A stretch of DNA of 64,000 bases, taken from assembly GCA_943355005.1 (NCBI GenBank), contig CALRDV010000005.1, forward strand, positions 4,999 to 68,998, given 5' to 3'. Positions within the stretch are counted from its first letter, which is position 1, and each line of letters opens with the position of its first letter. This document shows, piece after piece, positions 42,577 through 51,424 of the stretch. Source of the DNA: Patescibacteria group bacterium (GTDB lineage Bacteria > Patescibacteriota > Microgenomatia > UBA1400 > MFAQ01). Both the position numbers and the translations under genes were made by a program. The notes under the pieces were generated by a model, which saw nothing but the letters and a program-made list of their open reading frames with translations, did not search any database and was not told the origin of the DNA.

Positions 42577-42900
42577 ATGCCAAGACTTGTAAAGAAAACC
42601 GCTCACGCACCCATGAAGGTAGGGGATAAGTTTATTTGTATGTGTGGACTCTCCAAAGACCAGCCATTTTGCGACAAATCCCACCTAAAGACCATAAAGG
42701 AGGACGAATCCAAGCTCTACTGGTACGAGAATGGTAAAGCCGAAGAAATTGTGACCGAACCCGGCGAGTGTAATTGTGAAGAGTGTAAAGAAGAGAAAGC
42801 CTGTTGTGATGAAGGTGACTGTAAGTGTGGAGGTAAAGGAGATAGTGAGTGTAAAGGGGATTGCTCAGGAGAAAATTACTGCGGCAATTGTAAAAAATAA
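42577..42900 (+). CDS. CDGSH-type iron-sulfur domain protein with a metallothionein-like Cys-rich C-terminal tail
   Basis: CMCGLSKDQPFCDKSH matches the CDGSH [2Fe-2S] finger. The last roughly 45 aa contain 13 Cys (ECNCEECKEEKACCDEGDCKCGG...CGNCKK). Confidence 0.5.
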   Translation: MPRLVKKTAHAPMKVGDKFICMCGLSKDQPFCDKSHLKTIKEDESKLYWYENGKAEEIVTEPGECNCEECKEEKACCDEGDCKCGGKGDSECKGDCSGENYCGNCKK

Positions 42901-42902
42901 TT

Positions 42903-44084
42903 ATGAAAAAACTTCCTATCGCCGTCATTATCATCCCCACGTATAACGAAGCTGATTCAATTGGAAAGATGATCGACCATCTTTTTACTGTCACATTCCC
43001 AATAATTAAAAATTGGGACTGTAAGGTATTGGTGGTAGACGACACGTCCCCGGATGGCACATACAAGGTTGTTCAGGCCAAGCAAAAACAATTTAAGAAT
43101 TTATTTTTATCACTCAGCGCCAAGAAAACCGGAATCGGCGGGGCTTACGTTCGAGGATTCCGCTACTCTATGACGGAGCTTCGTGCAGATGTCGTCATTG
43201 AGATGGATGGCGACTTTCAGCACCCACCTAGACTGGTTACCAAGCTTTTAAAAGCAATCGATGATGGTTATGATTATGTAATCGGCTCCAGAAAAATAAA
43301 GGGCGGTACAAATCCAAAAGGATGGGGATTCAAAAGATTGTTCTTTAGTGAGATTGGTGGACTTGTAGCCAGAATGATCATGTTTTTCCCGACCAGAAAA
43401 TTCTTTAAAATCACCGACCCCACCAGTGGTCTAAGAGCATCAAGAGTCAAAGGTTTTGTCGACACCATGGACATGGATCATCTATATTCCAAAAGCTTTG
43501 GTTACAAGATGGAGTTTTTGTTTCAGATGATCGGACTGGGAGCAAGATACACAGAGATACCTCTCCAATTCAATGTTCGCAATGCTGGCGAATCCAAGAT
43601 CGAACCACAAACAGCAAAAGAGATATTTAAAACAGTTTTCTTGTTGAGATTAAATGATCCGGTTACCAAAAAGTTTATCAAGTTCGGCACTATTGGTTTC
43701 TGCGGTTTTATTATTAACAAAATAGGCTTAGATGTCTTTGCTACCATTCTCGGTAGGTTTATTGATAGTGTTGGTGTTCGAAACACTTTTGCAAACGCTA
43801 TGGCCGCCGAACTATCCATAATTAATAATTTTACGCTCAACAATCGTTGGACCTTCAAGAAAGAGCGCCTTCCTTGGGGCAAGAAATTAATTCGTAAATT
43901 CACCCAGTTCAATCTCAGCTCTGTCTTCTCCGGAATTATTATGCCTAGCTTGGTTATCGGAGCCGGCACCCATTTCTTTGGAGATGACTACCGTACCTTT
44001 TTCTTGATTGGAGCAGTCATCTTTATCACTGTCCCGCTAAATTGGTTCATTTATAACGTCTTTATCTGGAAAAAGATTCAGTGA
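42903..44084 (+). CDS. Polyprenol-phosphate glycosyltransferase (GT2, Dpm1/GtrB-like) fused to a GtrA-like TM domain
   Basis: It has IAVIIIPTYNEADSI and DGDFQHPP in the GT2 part. The C-terminal four TM helices contain IKFGTIGFCGFIINKIG...NNFTLNNRWTF (the GtrA family signature). Confidence 0.8.
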   Translation: MKKLPIAVIIIPTYNEADSIGKMIDHLFTVTFPIIKNWDCKVLVVDDTSPDGTYKVVQAKQKQFKNLFLSLSAKKTGIGGAYVRGFRYSMTELRADVVIEMDGDFQHPPRLVTKLLKAIDDGYDYVIGSRKIKGGTNPKGWGFKRLFFSEIGGLVARMIMFFPTRKFFKITDPTSGLRASRVKGFVDTMDMDHLYSKSFGYKMEFLFQMIGLGARYTEIPLQFNVRNAGESKIEPQTAKEIFKTVFLLRLNDPVTKKFIKFGTIGFCGFIINKIGLDVFATILGRFIDSVGVRNTFANAMAAELSIINNFTLNNRWTFKKERLPWGKKLIRKFTQFNLSSVFSGIIMPSLVIGAGTHFFGDDYRTFFLIGAVIFITVPLNWFIYNVFIWKKIQ

Positions 44085-45184
44085 AAAAAACTCGCTTAGA
44101 GTTATTGGACATTTCGAGAGGCATTTTTTTGTTTGGAATTCTTGTCGATCATCTTCGAAATTTCCCAAGCATATTTTTATTTCTCACTGGTGGTGCCTAT
44201 CTCTGGGTTTCTTTTGCTGCCGGTTTTTTTGTCATTTCCGGGTTCATCTATGGTTACAAGAATAGTCTTCAAGAGATTTCTTTCGGATCACTTGTCAAGC
44301 ATGCTTGGTCAAGGGCTGCAAAGCTTTACTTCTGGGGAATTGCTCTGACTCTTCTCTTTACCGTTTGGGGAAATTATCTTCCGGTCGAGATCAGAAAGAT
44401 GGGCCTCTGGGAAATTGAAACAAGCAACCTTTTCCGGCTGGTAGTCGATACGCTAACTTTGAAATATATCTACGGTTGGGCCGACTTCTTGCCATATTAC
44501 AGTCTGTATTTATTATTTTCACCCTTCGTGCTTTTGGGAATCAAATACCTCAAAACTTGGCCAATCTTACTTATGAGTTTAATTGTTTGGTATTTTAGGG
44601 GTGACAATATTTACTTGGCTTACCAGATAGTTTTTTTCGCCGGTATGGCTTTGGGCCTAAATCACTCCTATCTGGTCGAAAGATTATTGAAGCTATCCAG
44701 CCATACCAGGAAGGTTCTATTAAAGTTGGTAATCTTTTTGTTTATTGGTTCACTGGTACTATGTCTAATCTCAGTTTTCTTCATAAAAAACATTTCAAAT
44801 TTAGGTATCTCCCTGAATAGCTCAATCATGTATTTTATACATAAAAACAATGTTCTAAATTTGTACTTCGATAAGAAATTACTTGGGTTTGGACGATTAC
44901 TATTAATACCTATTTGGTATGGAGCATTCTTTATATTTATGCACAAGAATATCAATTCTTTTAAGAACTTCATTGGAGAAGCGCTTCGAGATTGGGGTAA
45001 AAACTCTCTTTTTGTCTATATTCTTCATTCCATTATTGTCTTTGCAAGTCCATATTTGATATTCAAAATAGGGCTAAATGGTTTTTGGGATTACACTCTA
45101 TACGTTGGACTGGTTCTATTACTTGTAAATTATGTCGTCAAGATCAAATCTAGGTTCTGGCCCTACAAAACTATCTTCGATTGA
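44081..45184 (+). CDS. Acyltransferase-3 / OpgC-like polytopic membrane protein
   Basis: It has about 10 TM helices and begins LLDISRGIFLFGILVDHL, which is typical of the acyltransferase_3 family. Confidence 0.45.
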   Translation: MKKTRLELLDISRGIFLFGILVDHLRNFPSIFLFLTGGAYLWVSFAAGFFVISGFIYGYKNSLQEISFGSLVKHAWSRAAKLYFWGIALTLLFTVWGNYLPVEIRKMGLWEIETSNLFRLVVDTLTLKYIYGWADFLPYYSLYLLFSPFVLLGIKYLKTWPILLMSLIVWYFRGDNIYLAYQIVFFAGMALGLNHSYLVERLLKLSSHTRKVLLKLVIFLFIGSLVLCLISVFFIKNISNLGISLNSSIMYFIHKNNVLNLYFDKKLLGFGRLLLIPIWYGAFFIFMHKNINSFKNFIGEALRDWGKNSLFVYILHSIIVFASPYLIFKIGLNGFWDYTLYVGLVLLLVNYVVKIKSRFWPYKTIFD

Positions 45185-45189
45185 AGCAA

Positions 45190-46305
45190 TTATAAGTACG
45201 GAGCCCAATCTGCAATCGGTGCAGTATTATTCAGAAGGAAGTTCCAAGAGTATATTAAAATCGGCACTATCAGTAAACAGACAATAAATTTAAACTCTTT
45301 TTTTTGTATCATCTTATCCCAGCCAATTAGTACAAATGGAGCAATGGGTAAAATATATCTGCCGATATCTCTGTGAGCGATGAATAAAGTAGAGAGGAAA
45401 AAAAGTCCGGCGAAGAAATATTCGATATCCAGTTTCTTTTCTCTAAGTTTCATAATTCCAATTCCAAATACTAGCCATACCCAAATAATATCTTCAGACC
45501 AGAAACTGCCTACCCAGTTTTGACCATTAGGAGAGAATACACTAAATGGAGGCCAGAAAAGATGGATATTGTCTCCACTATTGAAATAAGCTAATACGTC
45601 TCCCGTTCTAACACCAAAGAACCAAAACAGAAGCGGAATTACCGCAAGCTGGATTAGTAGTGGCCAATATTTAAACAGAATCTTTTTCTCTTTAAATGAT
45701 TGAACTAAAGCAAAAATACCGTAAGCGGCGAGTAGTATAATCGCTGGACTTTTAGTAAGCTGAGCCAAGGCGGCCATGATACCCGCCATCAGAAAATTTT
45801 CTTTTTTGAAAGCATAGACACTGGCCAAGATAAAAAAGATAAACCACGGTTCCGGAGATCCTACGGCTCTTACGGCTACCCACCGGGCAGGCAAAATCAA
45901 GAAAGCCAGACATAGCCAAAGAGCATTTTTGCTTAATTTAAAATCAGTTGTGTACTTCAGCAACATCAGGTAGCAAAGCATCGAACCCAGCAAGGTTGCC
46001 ATCAGCATTGCGGTTGGACCTTTCATAAAAATATCAAACACAGAAATCACTGCCGGATATAGCGGAAAGTGAGCCGGGTAATACTCGGTAGGGAGAGGAC
46101 TTGAAAACTCTGTCTTGATTGCTTCTTTGTTGTACCAAGTTTTAGCCACAATCAAATAATTTGGTCCGTCAAAGTTCTGCCAAAGAGATTTGGTTCCTTC
46201 TGTGAAGTCCAAATTCCATCCGGGGAGATAGATCTTCAAGGCAAAAGGAGCCCAGACCAGCAAGGTAAAGAGTAAGGTAATCAACATTAAATAAGCTCGT
46301 TTCAT
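45190..46305 (-). CDS. Polytopic membrane protein (GT-C-like mannosyltransferase candidate)
   Basis: A minus-strand ORF of 371 aa with about 10 TM helices. The assignment is by context. Confidence 0.45.
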   Translation of the reverse strand: MKRAYLMLITLLFTLLVWAPFALKIYLPGWNLDFTEGTKSLWQNFDGPNYLIVAKTWYNKEAIKTEFSSPLPTEYYPAHFPLYPAVISVFDIFMKGPTAMLMATLLGSMLCYLMLLKYTTDFKLSKNALWLCLAFLILPARWVAVRAVGSPEPWFIFFILASVYAFKKENFLMAGIMAALAQLTKSPAIILLAAYGIFALVQSFKEKKILFKYWPLLIQLAVIPLLFWFFGVRTGDVLAYFNSGDNIHLFWPPFSVFSPNGQNWVGSFWSEDIIWVWLVFGIGIMKLREKKLDIEYFFAGLFFLSTLFIAHRDIGRYILPIAPFVLIGWDKMIQKKEFKFIVCLLIVPILIYSWNFLLNNTAPIADWAPYL

Positions 46306-46324
46306 CTATCTCTAGTATATACTT

Positions 46325-47041
46325 GTGAGTATGTCGCGACAAATAGATAAAATGTCTGTGTTTTTGCCGGCCTTCAACGAAGAAGCCAATCTCGAAAAGA
46401 CCGTCAAAAATGTAGTCGAAAATCTCAAAAAAAATGTATCGGAGTGGGAACTAGTCATCGTAAATGATGGTTCCAAGGATAATACAGGTAAAATCGCTGA
46501 TTCTCTAAGTAAAAATGAAAAAAGGATTTCCGTCATTCATCACAATCCAAACCGCGGTTACGGAGCCGCCTTCAAGAGTGGCTTGTATGCATGCAAATAT
46601 CCTTGGATTTCTTTTATCGACTCCGACGGCCAATTTGATTTCAAAGAAATTAACCGCTTTATCGATGCTCAGGATAGAACTAAGGCAGATATGGTAATTG
46701 GTTATTACTTGGGTAGAAAGGTATCTCTCTTACGTAAATTAAATTCGAAGGCTTGGCAGACTGTCGTCTTTATTCTGTTTGGGTTAAACGTTCATGATAT
46801 TGACTGTGGCTTTAAATTAATTTCCAAAAAGGTTATTGATAAGATTGAACCTCTGCAAAGCGAAAGAGGCGCATTTATAAGTAGTGAGTTTCTTATCAAG
46901 TCAAAAAAATCGGGATTTAAAATCGTGGAGATTGGGGTCCAGCATTATCCTAGAAAATTCGGAGAAGCTACCGGTGCTAAGCTAAATGTAATCATCCAAA
47001 GCTTCATCGACCTCTTCAAACTCTGGTACAAATTAAAATAA
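46325..47041 (+). CDS. Glycosyltransferase family 2 (dolichyl/polyprenyl-phosphate sugar synthase-like)
   Basis: It has MSVFLPAFNEEANLEKTV, VIVNDGSKDNT and IDSDGQFD (DxD). Confidence 0.8.
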   Translation: MSMSRQIDKMSVFLPAFNEEANLEKTVKNVVENLKKNVSEWELVIVNDGSKDNTGKIADSLSKNEKRISVIHHNPNRGYGAAFKSGLYACKYPWISFIDSDGQFDFKEINRFIDAQDRTKADMVIGYYLGRKVSLLRKLNSKAWQTVVFILFGLNVHDIDCGFKLISKKVIDKIEPLQSERGAFISSEFLIKSKKSGFKIVEIGVQHYPRKFGEATGAKLNVIIQSFIDLFKLWYKLK

Positions 47042-47051
47042 TACTACCCCT

Positions 47052-47088
47052 CGTCATTGCGAGGAGCAAAGCGAAGTGGCAATCCAGG
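47052..47088 (+). repeat. Palindromic repeat, type 2 (CGTCATTGCGAGGAGCAAAGCGAAGTGGCAATCCAGG), intergenic
   Basis: It has the same termini as the other type 2 copies. Its interior is similar to the copy at 56376. Confidence 0.8.
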
Positions 47089-47097
47089 AAAACAAAC

Positions 47098-48597
47098 ATG
47101 AAAATACTTCAAAACATAAAGGACTTCGCCAAAAACCACAGACTTGAGTTTACTTTAATTTCTATAATTCTTCTGCTCGCTCTCACTCTCCGTCTGTATC
47201 GAATAGGCGACTTCCTAACCTTTCTGGGTGACGAAGGTCGAGATGTCCGTATCGTCAGGGATTTGATTACGAGGGGAAATCTTGTCTTCATTGGACCTCA
47301 GACTAGTATCGGGAATATGTATCTCGGTCCACTCTACTACTATATGATGGCTCCAGCTCTCCTCCTCTCCGGTCTGAATCCTGTTGGGCCGGCCGTGATG
47401 AATGCGCTTCTGGGCACTTTCACTATCTGGCTAACTTGGTTTGTGGCTCGGAAATGGTTCGGTAAATCTGCCGCTATTATCGCCGCTGGTTTGTATGCCA
47501 TCTCACCGGTCGCCATTATTTATTCCAGAGCTTCCTGGAATCCAAACCCCATGCCATTCTTCGCCCTGCTTTGTGTTTGGGGAATTTATGAAGTCTGGCA
47601 GAACAAAAAATATTTCTGGCTTCCTATTGTCGGAGTTTCTTTTGCCTTCGCGCTTCAGATGCATTATCTAGGATTGTTGCTTATCCCTACGTTGGGACTT
47701 TTTTGGCTCTTTTCCTTCAATCAAATCAAAAAAAATGTAGTACAAAAAAAGATTTTTGTCCGTCAAACACTGATAGCCATTGGCCTTTTCTTGCTCCTAA
47801 TGTCTCCACTTTTGTTGTTTGATATCAAGCACAATTGGATGAACTTCAACGCCTTTAAAGCTTTTTTCTCCGATCGTCAAACTACGGTAAATCTAAACCC
47901 GGTTAAATCAGACAGGTTCCTTCCGGTGATGCTTATGACGGTTTCCGACATGTTTTTAGCTAGACAAACTTTATTTGCTCCAATTGGCTTGGTGCTCACC
48001 TTACTACTTTCTATCTGGATTTATTTAAAGTCAAAGTGGAAAACACCCCTAAAGGTTCTCTTCCTTTGGCTTGGCTTGGCTATCTTAGGTCTTAGTGTCT
48101 ACAAACAGCACGTCTATATTCACTATTTAGGTTTTATTTATCCCGCTCTTTATTTACTTTTGGGCGCCTTACTCGGATTCTTGTTCGAACAGAAATTAGT
48201 TTTGAAAATATTATCTATTATTTTAGTAATATTCCTTTTTAGCTATTCCCTTATTTACAGTCCGATAAAAGAAACCCCAAACCGTCAGCTCTGGCGGACA
48301 GAAGCCGCCGTCGATCTTATTATTAAGGAGTCGTCTGGCCAGCCTTTTAACTTCGGACTTATTGCCAAACAGAACTACGACGAATCCTATCGATATTTTT
48401 TGGAAAACAAAAAGGCACCTGCTTTCAGAGGAGAAGATAAAATTACCGATCAGCTCTTTGTAATTTGTGAAGATGGTGACTCATGTGTACCGGAAGGCAA
48501 CACTGCTTATCAAATCGCTAAGTTTGGTCAGGCTCATGTGGTCGGCACTTGGAATATTGACTATCTCAAAATTTATCGTTTAACGCACTTCAAATGA
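47098..48597 (+). CDS. GT-C family glycosyltransferase (ArnT/PMT-like, GT39/GT83-like)
   Basis: It has 11-13 TM helices and an early periplasmic loop with the acidic motif FLGDEGRD, which resembles the GT-C DE/DD loop. Confidence 0.55.
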   Translation: MKILQNIKDFAKNHRLEFTLISIILLLALTLRLYRIGDFLTFLGDEGRDVRIVRDLITRGNLVFIGPQTSIGNMYLGPLYYYMMAPALLLSGLNPVGPAVMNALLGTFTIWLTWFVARKWFGKSAAIIAAGLYAISPVAIIYSRASWNPNPMPFFALLCVWGIYEVWQNKKYFWLPIVGVSFAFALQMHYLGLLLIPTLGLFWLFSFNQIKKNVVQKKIFVRQTLIAIGLFLLLMSPLLLFDIKHNWMNFNAFKAFFSDRQTTVNLNPVKSDRFLPVMLMTVSDMFLARQTLFAPIGLVLTLLLSIWIYLKSKWKTPLKVLFLWLGLAILGLSVYKQHVYIHYLGFIYPALYLLLGALLGFLFEQKLVLKILSIILVIFLFSYSLIYSPIKETPNRQLWRTEAAVDLIIKESSGQPFNFGLIAKQNYDESYRYFLENKKAPAFRGEDKITDQLFVICEDGDSCVPEGNTAYQIAKFGQAHVVGTWNIDYLKIYRLTHFK

Positions 48598-49148
48598 GTA
48601 ACACATTGCCTACTTCTCCACTGATTTGGCTTGATTTAGAATTCACCGACTTGGATGTCGACAAGGGGGTAATAGTTGAGATCGCAACTGTTGTAACGGA
48701 CGGTAATCTAAAGGTTCTTGGTACCGGTCCGGACATAGTCATTCACCAGCCGGAGTCAATTCTTACGACCATGGTCAAGTGGAATCAAAAACATTTTAGC
48801 GAGTCCGGCCTAATTACCGAGATTCGAAACTCTCAAGTTTCCGTGGCCCAAGCCGAAGAGGAAACCCTCATTTTTTTGAAAAAATATTGTGCACCTCACA
48901 CGGCTCTTTTGGCAGGGTCATCTGTTTATATCGATCGTGAATTTTTAAGGATATACATGCCAAATCTTTACGACTTTGTTCACTACAGAATAATTGACAC
49001 AAATACTTTAAAGGAGCTTATGCACCGCTGGTACCCCAGTATTCCCGATTATCCGAAGGTTGAGCCACATCGCTCTGCAGGAGACATTCTCGAGTCCATA
49101 GATGAGTTAAAATACTATCAGACCCAGATTTTTAAACTTAACTCATGA
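48594..49148 (+). CDS. orn: Oligoribonuclease (DEDDh 3'-5' exonuclease)
   Basis: It has IWLDLEFTDLD (Exo I), the Exo II/III regions, and HRSAGD with a downstream D. Its size of 184 aa is typical. Confidence 0.85.
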   Translation: MSNTLPTSPLIWLDLEFTDLDVDKGVIVEIATVVTDGNLKVLGTGPDIVIHQPESILTTMVKWNQKHFSESGLITEIRNSQVSVAQAEEETLIFLKKYCAPHTALLAGSSVYIDREFLRIYMPNLYDFVHYRIIDTNTLKELMHRWYPSIPDYPKVEPHRSAGDILESIDELKYYQTQIFKLNS

Positions 49149-49906
49149 CACCAAAACTTTCCATCGTCCTCAGTAACTACAACGAACACGCCAATCTCGA
49201 AAGGGGAGTCCTCGACGAAATGTATTCTTATCTTAAGACTGCCAAATATACTTGGGAAGTAATCATCAACGACGATGGTTCTACGGATGGCGGAGATAAA
49301 ATTATCGAAAACTTTTGTAAGAAACATCCCGGATTCAAAATGATTAGAGGTCAGCACGGGGGGAAGGCAGCCGGCATTTGGAATGGTATTAGGGAAGCCA
49401 AAGGGGAAGTTGTCCTCTTTACCGACATGGATCAGTCTACCCCTCTCAAAGAGGTCGAAAAACTATTGCCATGGTTTGATAAAGGCTTTGATGTTGTTTT
49501 TGGTTCCAGGGGTAAGATGAGAAAGAACTTCAATCTGATCCGCCAAGCTTCGTCCTGGTCCTTCAGAACTTTCAGAGGCATGATGCTTCTCCACGATGTA
49601 GTGGATACTCAGTGTGGTTTCAAAGCTCTCCGTACTCAAGTAGCCAAGAAAATTTTCCCAATGCTTTCGGTAATCAAAAGTAAAAAAACCGTCAGTAAGG
49701 GCTGGACTGTCTCCGCTTTCGATGTAGAGCTTTTATTTTTAGCCGAAAAGCTTGGAAACAGATTGAAAGAAGTCGACGTACTTTGGAAAAACGAAGACAC
49801 TTCTACCAGTAAGCAAAAAAGTTTTATCGGAGAGTCTGTAGACATGTTGCAGCAAATTATTCAGGTAAAAATTAACGACCTAAACGGCTTGTATGACCAA
49901 AAATAG
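49145..49906 (+). CDS. Glycosyltransferase family 2 (dolichyl-phosphate glucosyl/mannosyltransferase-like)
   Basis: It has LSIVLSNYNEHANL, IINDDGSTDG and FTDMDQS. Confidence 0.8.
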   Translation: MTPKLSIVLSNYNEHANLERGVLDEMYSYLKTAKYTWEVIINDDGSTDGGDKIIENFCKKHPGFKMIRGQHGGKAAGIWNGIREAKGEVVLFTDMDQSTPLKEVEKLLPWFDKGFDVVFGSRGKMRKNFNLIRQASSWSFRTFRGMMLLHDVVDTQCGFKALRTQVAKKIFPMLSVIKSKKTVSKGWTVSAFDVELLFLAEKLGNRLKEVDVLWKNEDTSTSKQKSFIGESVDMLQQIIQVKINDLNGLYDQK

Positions 49907-51395
49907 ACTTGTTTGGCTTATTGTTCTGGCCTTCACCACTCTTGTATTATTTTTATTTTTTCGTCTTTACTCCTTAAACAAAATCCCTGTTTTTGTAGAT
50001 GAAGCCATATATGTCCGTTGGTCTCAAGTTATGAGGACGGAGCCAACACTCAGGTTTTTGCCTTTATCGGATGGTAAGCAGCCACTATTTATGTGGTTGA
50101 CCATGCCCGCCCTCAAATTTATTTCAGATCCTCTTGTCGCTGGCCGGACGATTTCAGTACTGGCGGGATTTGGATCTCTGATTGGTGTTGGGATTCTTGC
50201 CTTCGTCATCTTTGCCAATCCATTTATTGCCTTATTCTCGTCGCTTATTTATGCCATCGTCCCTTTCACTATGTTCTTCGACCGTATGGCTTTGGCGGAC
50301 AGCCTTCTGGCGATGTTTGGTGTCTGGTCTTTGATTTTTGCGGTAAAGTTTGCCAAAACTCTCAGTACCGAATACGCCATTTATCTTGGTTTTGCCATCG
50401 GAGGAGGACTGCTTACAAAGTCTCCGGCTATGATTTTTTATATCTGGTCACTTCTCACAGTCATTTTTTTCTTGGATCGGTCAAAAATAGATTTTAATAG
50501 CATCGGTAAATTTATTTGGGGAGTTTTCTTAGTCGTAGTAATATCTCAAGTGATGTATGGCGTTCTCAGATTGGGTGTCGGCTTCCAGATGATAGGCTCC
50601 AGAAATCAGGATTATGTTTATTCCATCAAGGAAGTGTTGAGTCACCCATTTTTGCCATTTATCGCAAACATAGAAACCACTGCGAACTGGCTTTTCTTGT
50701 TACTTACTCCCACTGTTCTGATTTTGGGAGTCCTCGGCTATTTAAATTCCCAAACCAGACGATCTTTTATTTTTCTTCTCTTGGTGTCTCTCTTACCACT
50801 TTTGTTCCAAGCGTCTATCGCCAAAGTCTATACCACTCGTTATATTCTTTTTGCCGTATTACCGCTTTTGCCTTTGGCCGGACTTGGTCTTCATTGGTTG
50901 TTTAGTCGCAAAGGGTTACTTATTAAGTCATCGATAATATTATTTTTATCCGTACCGATTATCATTACTTTTGTCTATCTGTTTAATCCTTCTGCTGCAC
51001 CCATGACTAGAGATATGAGTACCGGATATTTGGGTGAATGGACAGCGGGCACGGGTCAGAGAGAGGTTGCAGAGTATTTACTAAACGAAGAGGCCAAAGG
51101 AAACAAAATCGTGGTCTTTACCGAGGGAACCTTTGGGACTCTTCCGGATGGTTTACAAATCTATACCGAGGGTCACAAAAACATCACCATTGTGGGATCC
51201 ACTCCCAATATTTTTGAAATTCCTGAGGGTTTATTAAATACCAGCAAAGACAATCAAAGATATTATGTTTTAAATGCCTCAAGGAATCATCTGCCTGCCT
51301 CGGAAATGGCAAAACTCGAGCTAATCAAAGAATACCCCAAATTACCAAGACCGGACGGATCGCGCGAGGCTCTTCTCTTCTTCCGCCTGAAATAA
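49893..51395 (+). CDS. GT-C family membrane glycosyltransferase (ArnT-like)
   Basis: It has 12 or more TM helices, an FVDEAIY-like first loop, and a C-terminal soluble domain. Confidence 0.5.
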   Translation: MTKNRLVWLIVLAFTTLVLFLFFRLYSLNKIPVFVDEAIYVRWSQVMRTEPTLRFLPLSDGKQPLFMWLTMPALKFISDPLVAGRTISVLAGFGSLIGVGILAFVIFANPFIALFSSLIYAIVPFTMFFDRMALADSLLAMFGVWSLIFAVKFAKTLSTEYAIYLGFAIGGGLLTKSPAMIFYIWSLLTVIFFLDRSKIDFNSIGKFIWGVFLVVVISQVMYGVLRLGVGFQMIGSRNQDYVYSIKEVLSHPFLPFIANIETTANWLFLLLTPTVLILGVLGYLNSQTRRSFIFLLLVSLLPLLFQASIAKVYTTRYILFAVLPLLPLAGLGLHWLFSRKGLLIKSSIILFLSVPIIITFVYLFNPSAAPMTRDMSTGYLGEWTAGTGQREVAEYLLNEEAKGNKIVVFTEGTFGTLPDGLQIYTEGHKNITIVGSTPNIFEIPEGLLNTSKDNQRYYVLNASRNHLPASEMAKLELIKEYPKLPRPDGSREALLFFRLK

Positions 51396-51424
51396 GGTCG
51401 TTCTTCCATATATAATTACATCAC

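Noticed and set aside
42557-42610. A 34-bp overlap between the trmD ORF (minus strand, as called by the ORF finder) and the CDGSH gene (plus strand)
   Set aside because: The trmD ORF extension upstream of MLIIDIL adds 18 non-conserved residues. Starting at the internal Met (42556) gives a canonical TrmD N-terminus and removes the overlap.
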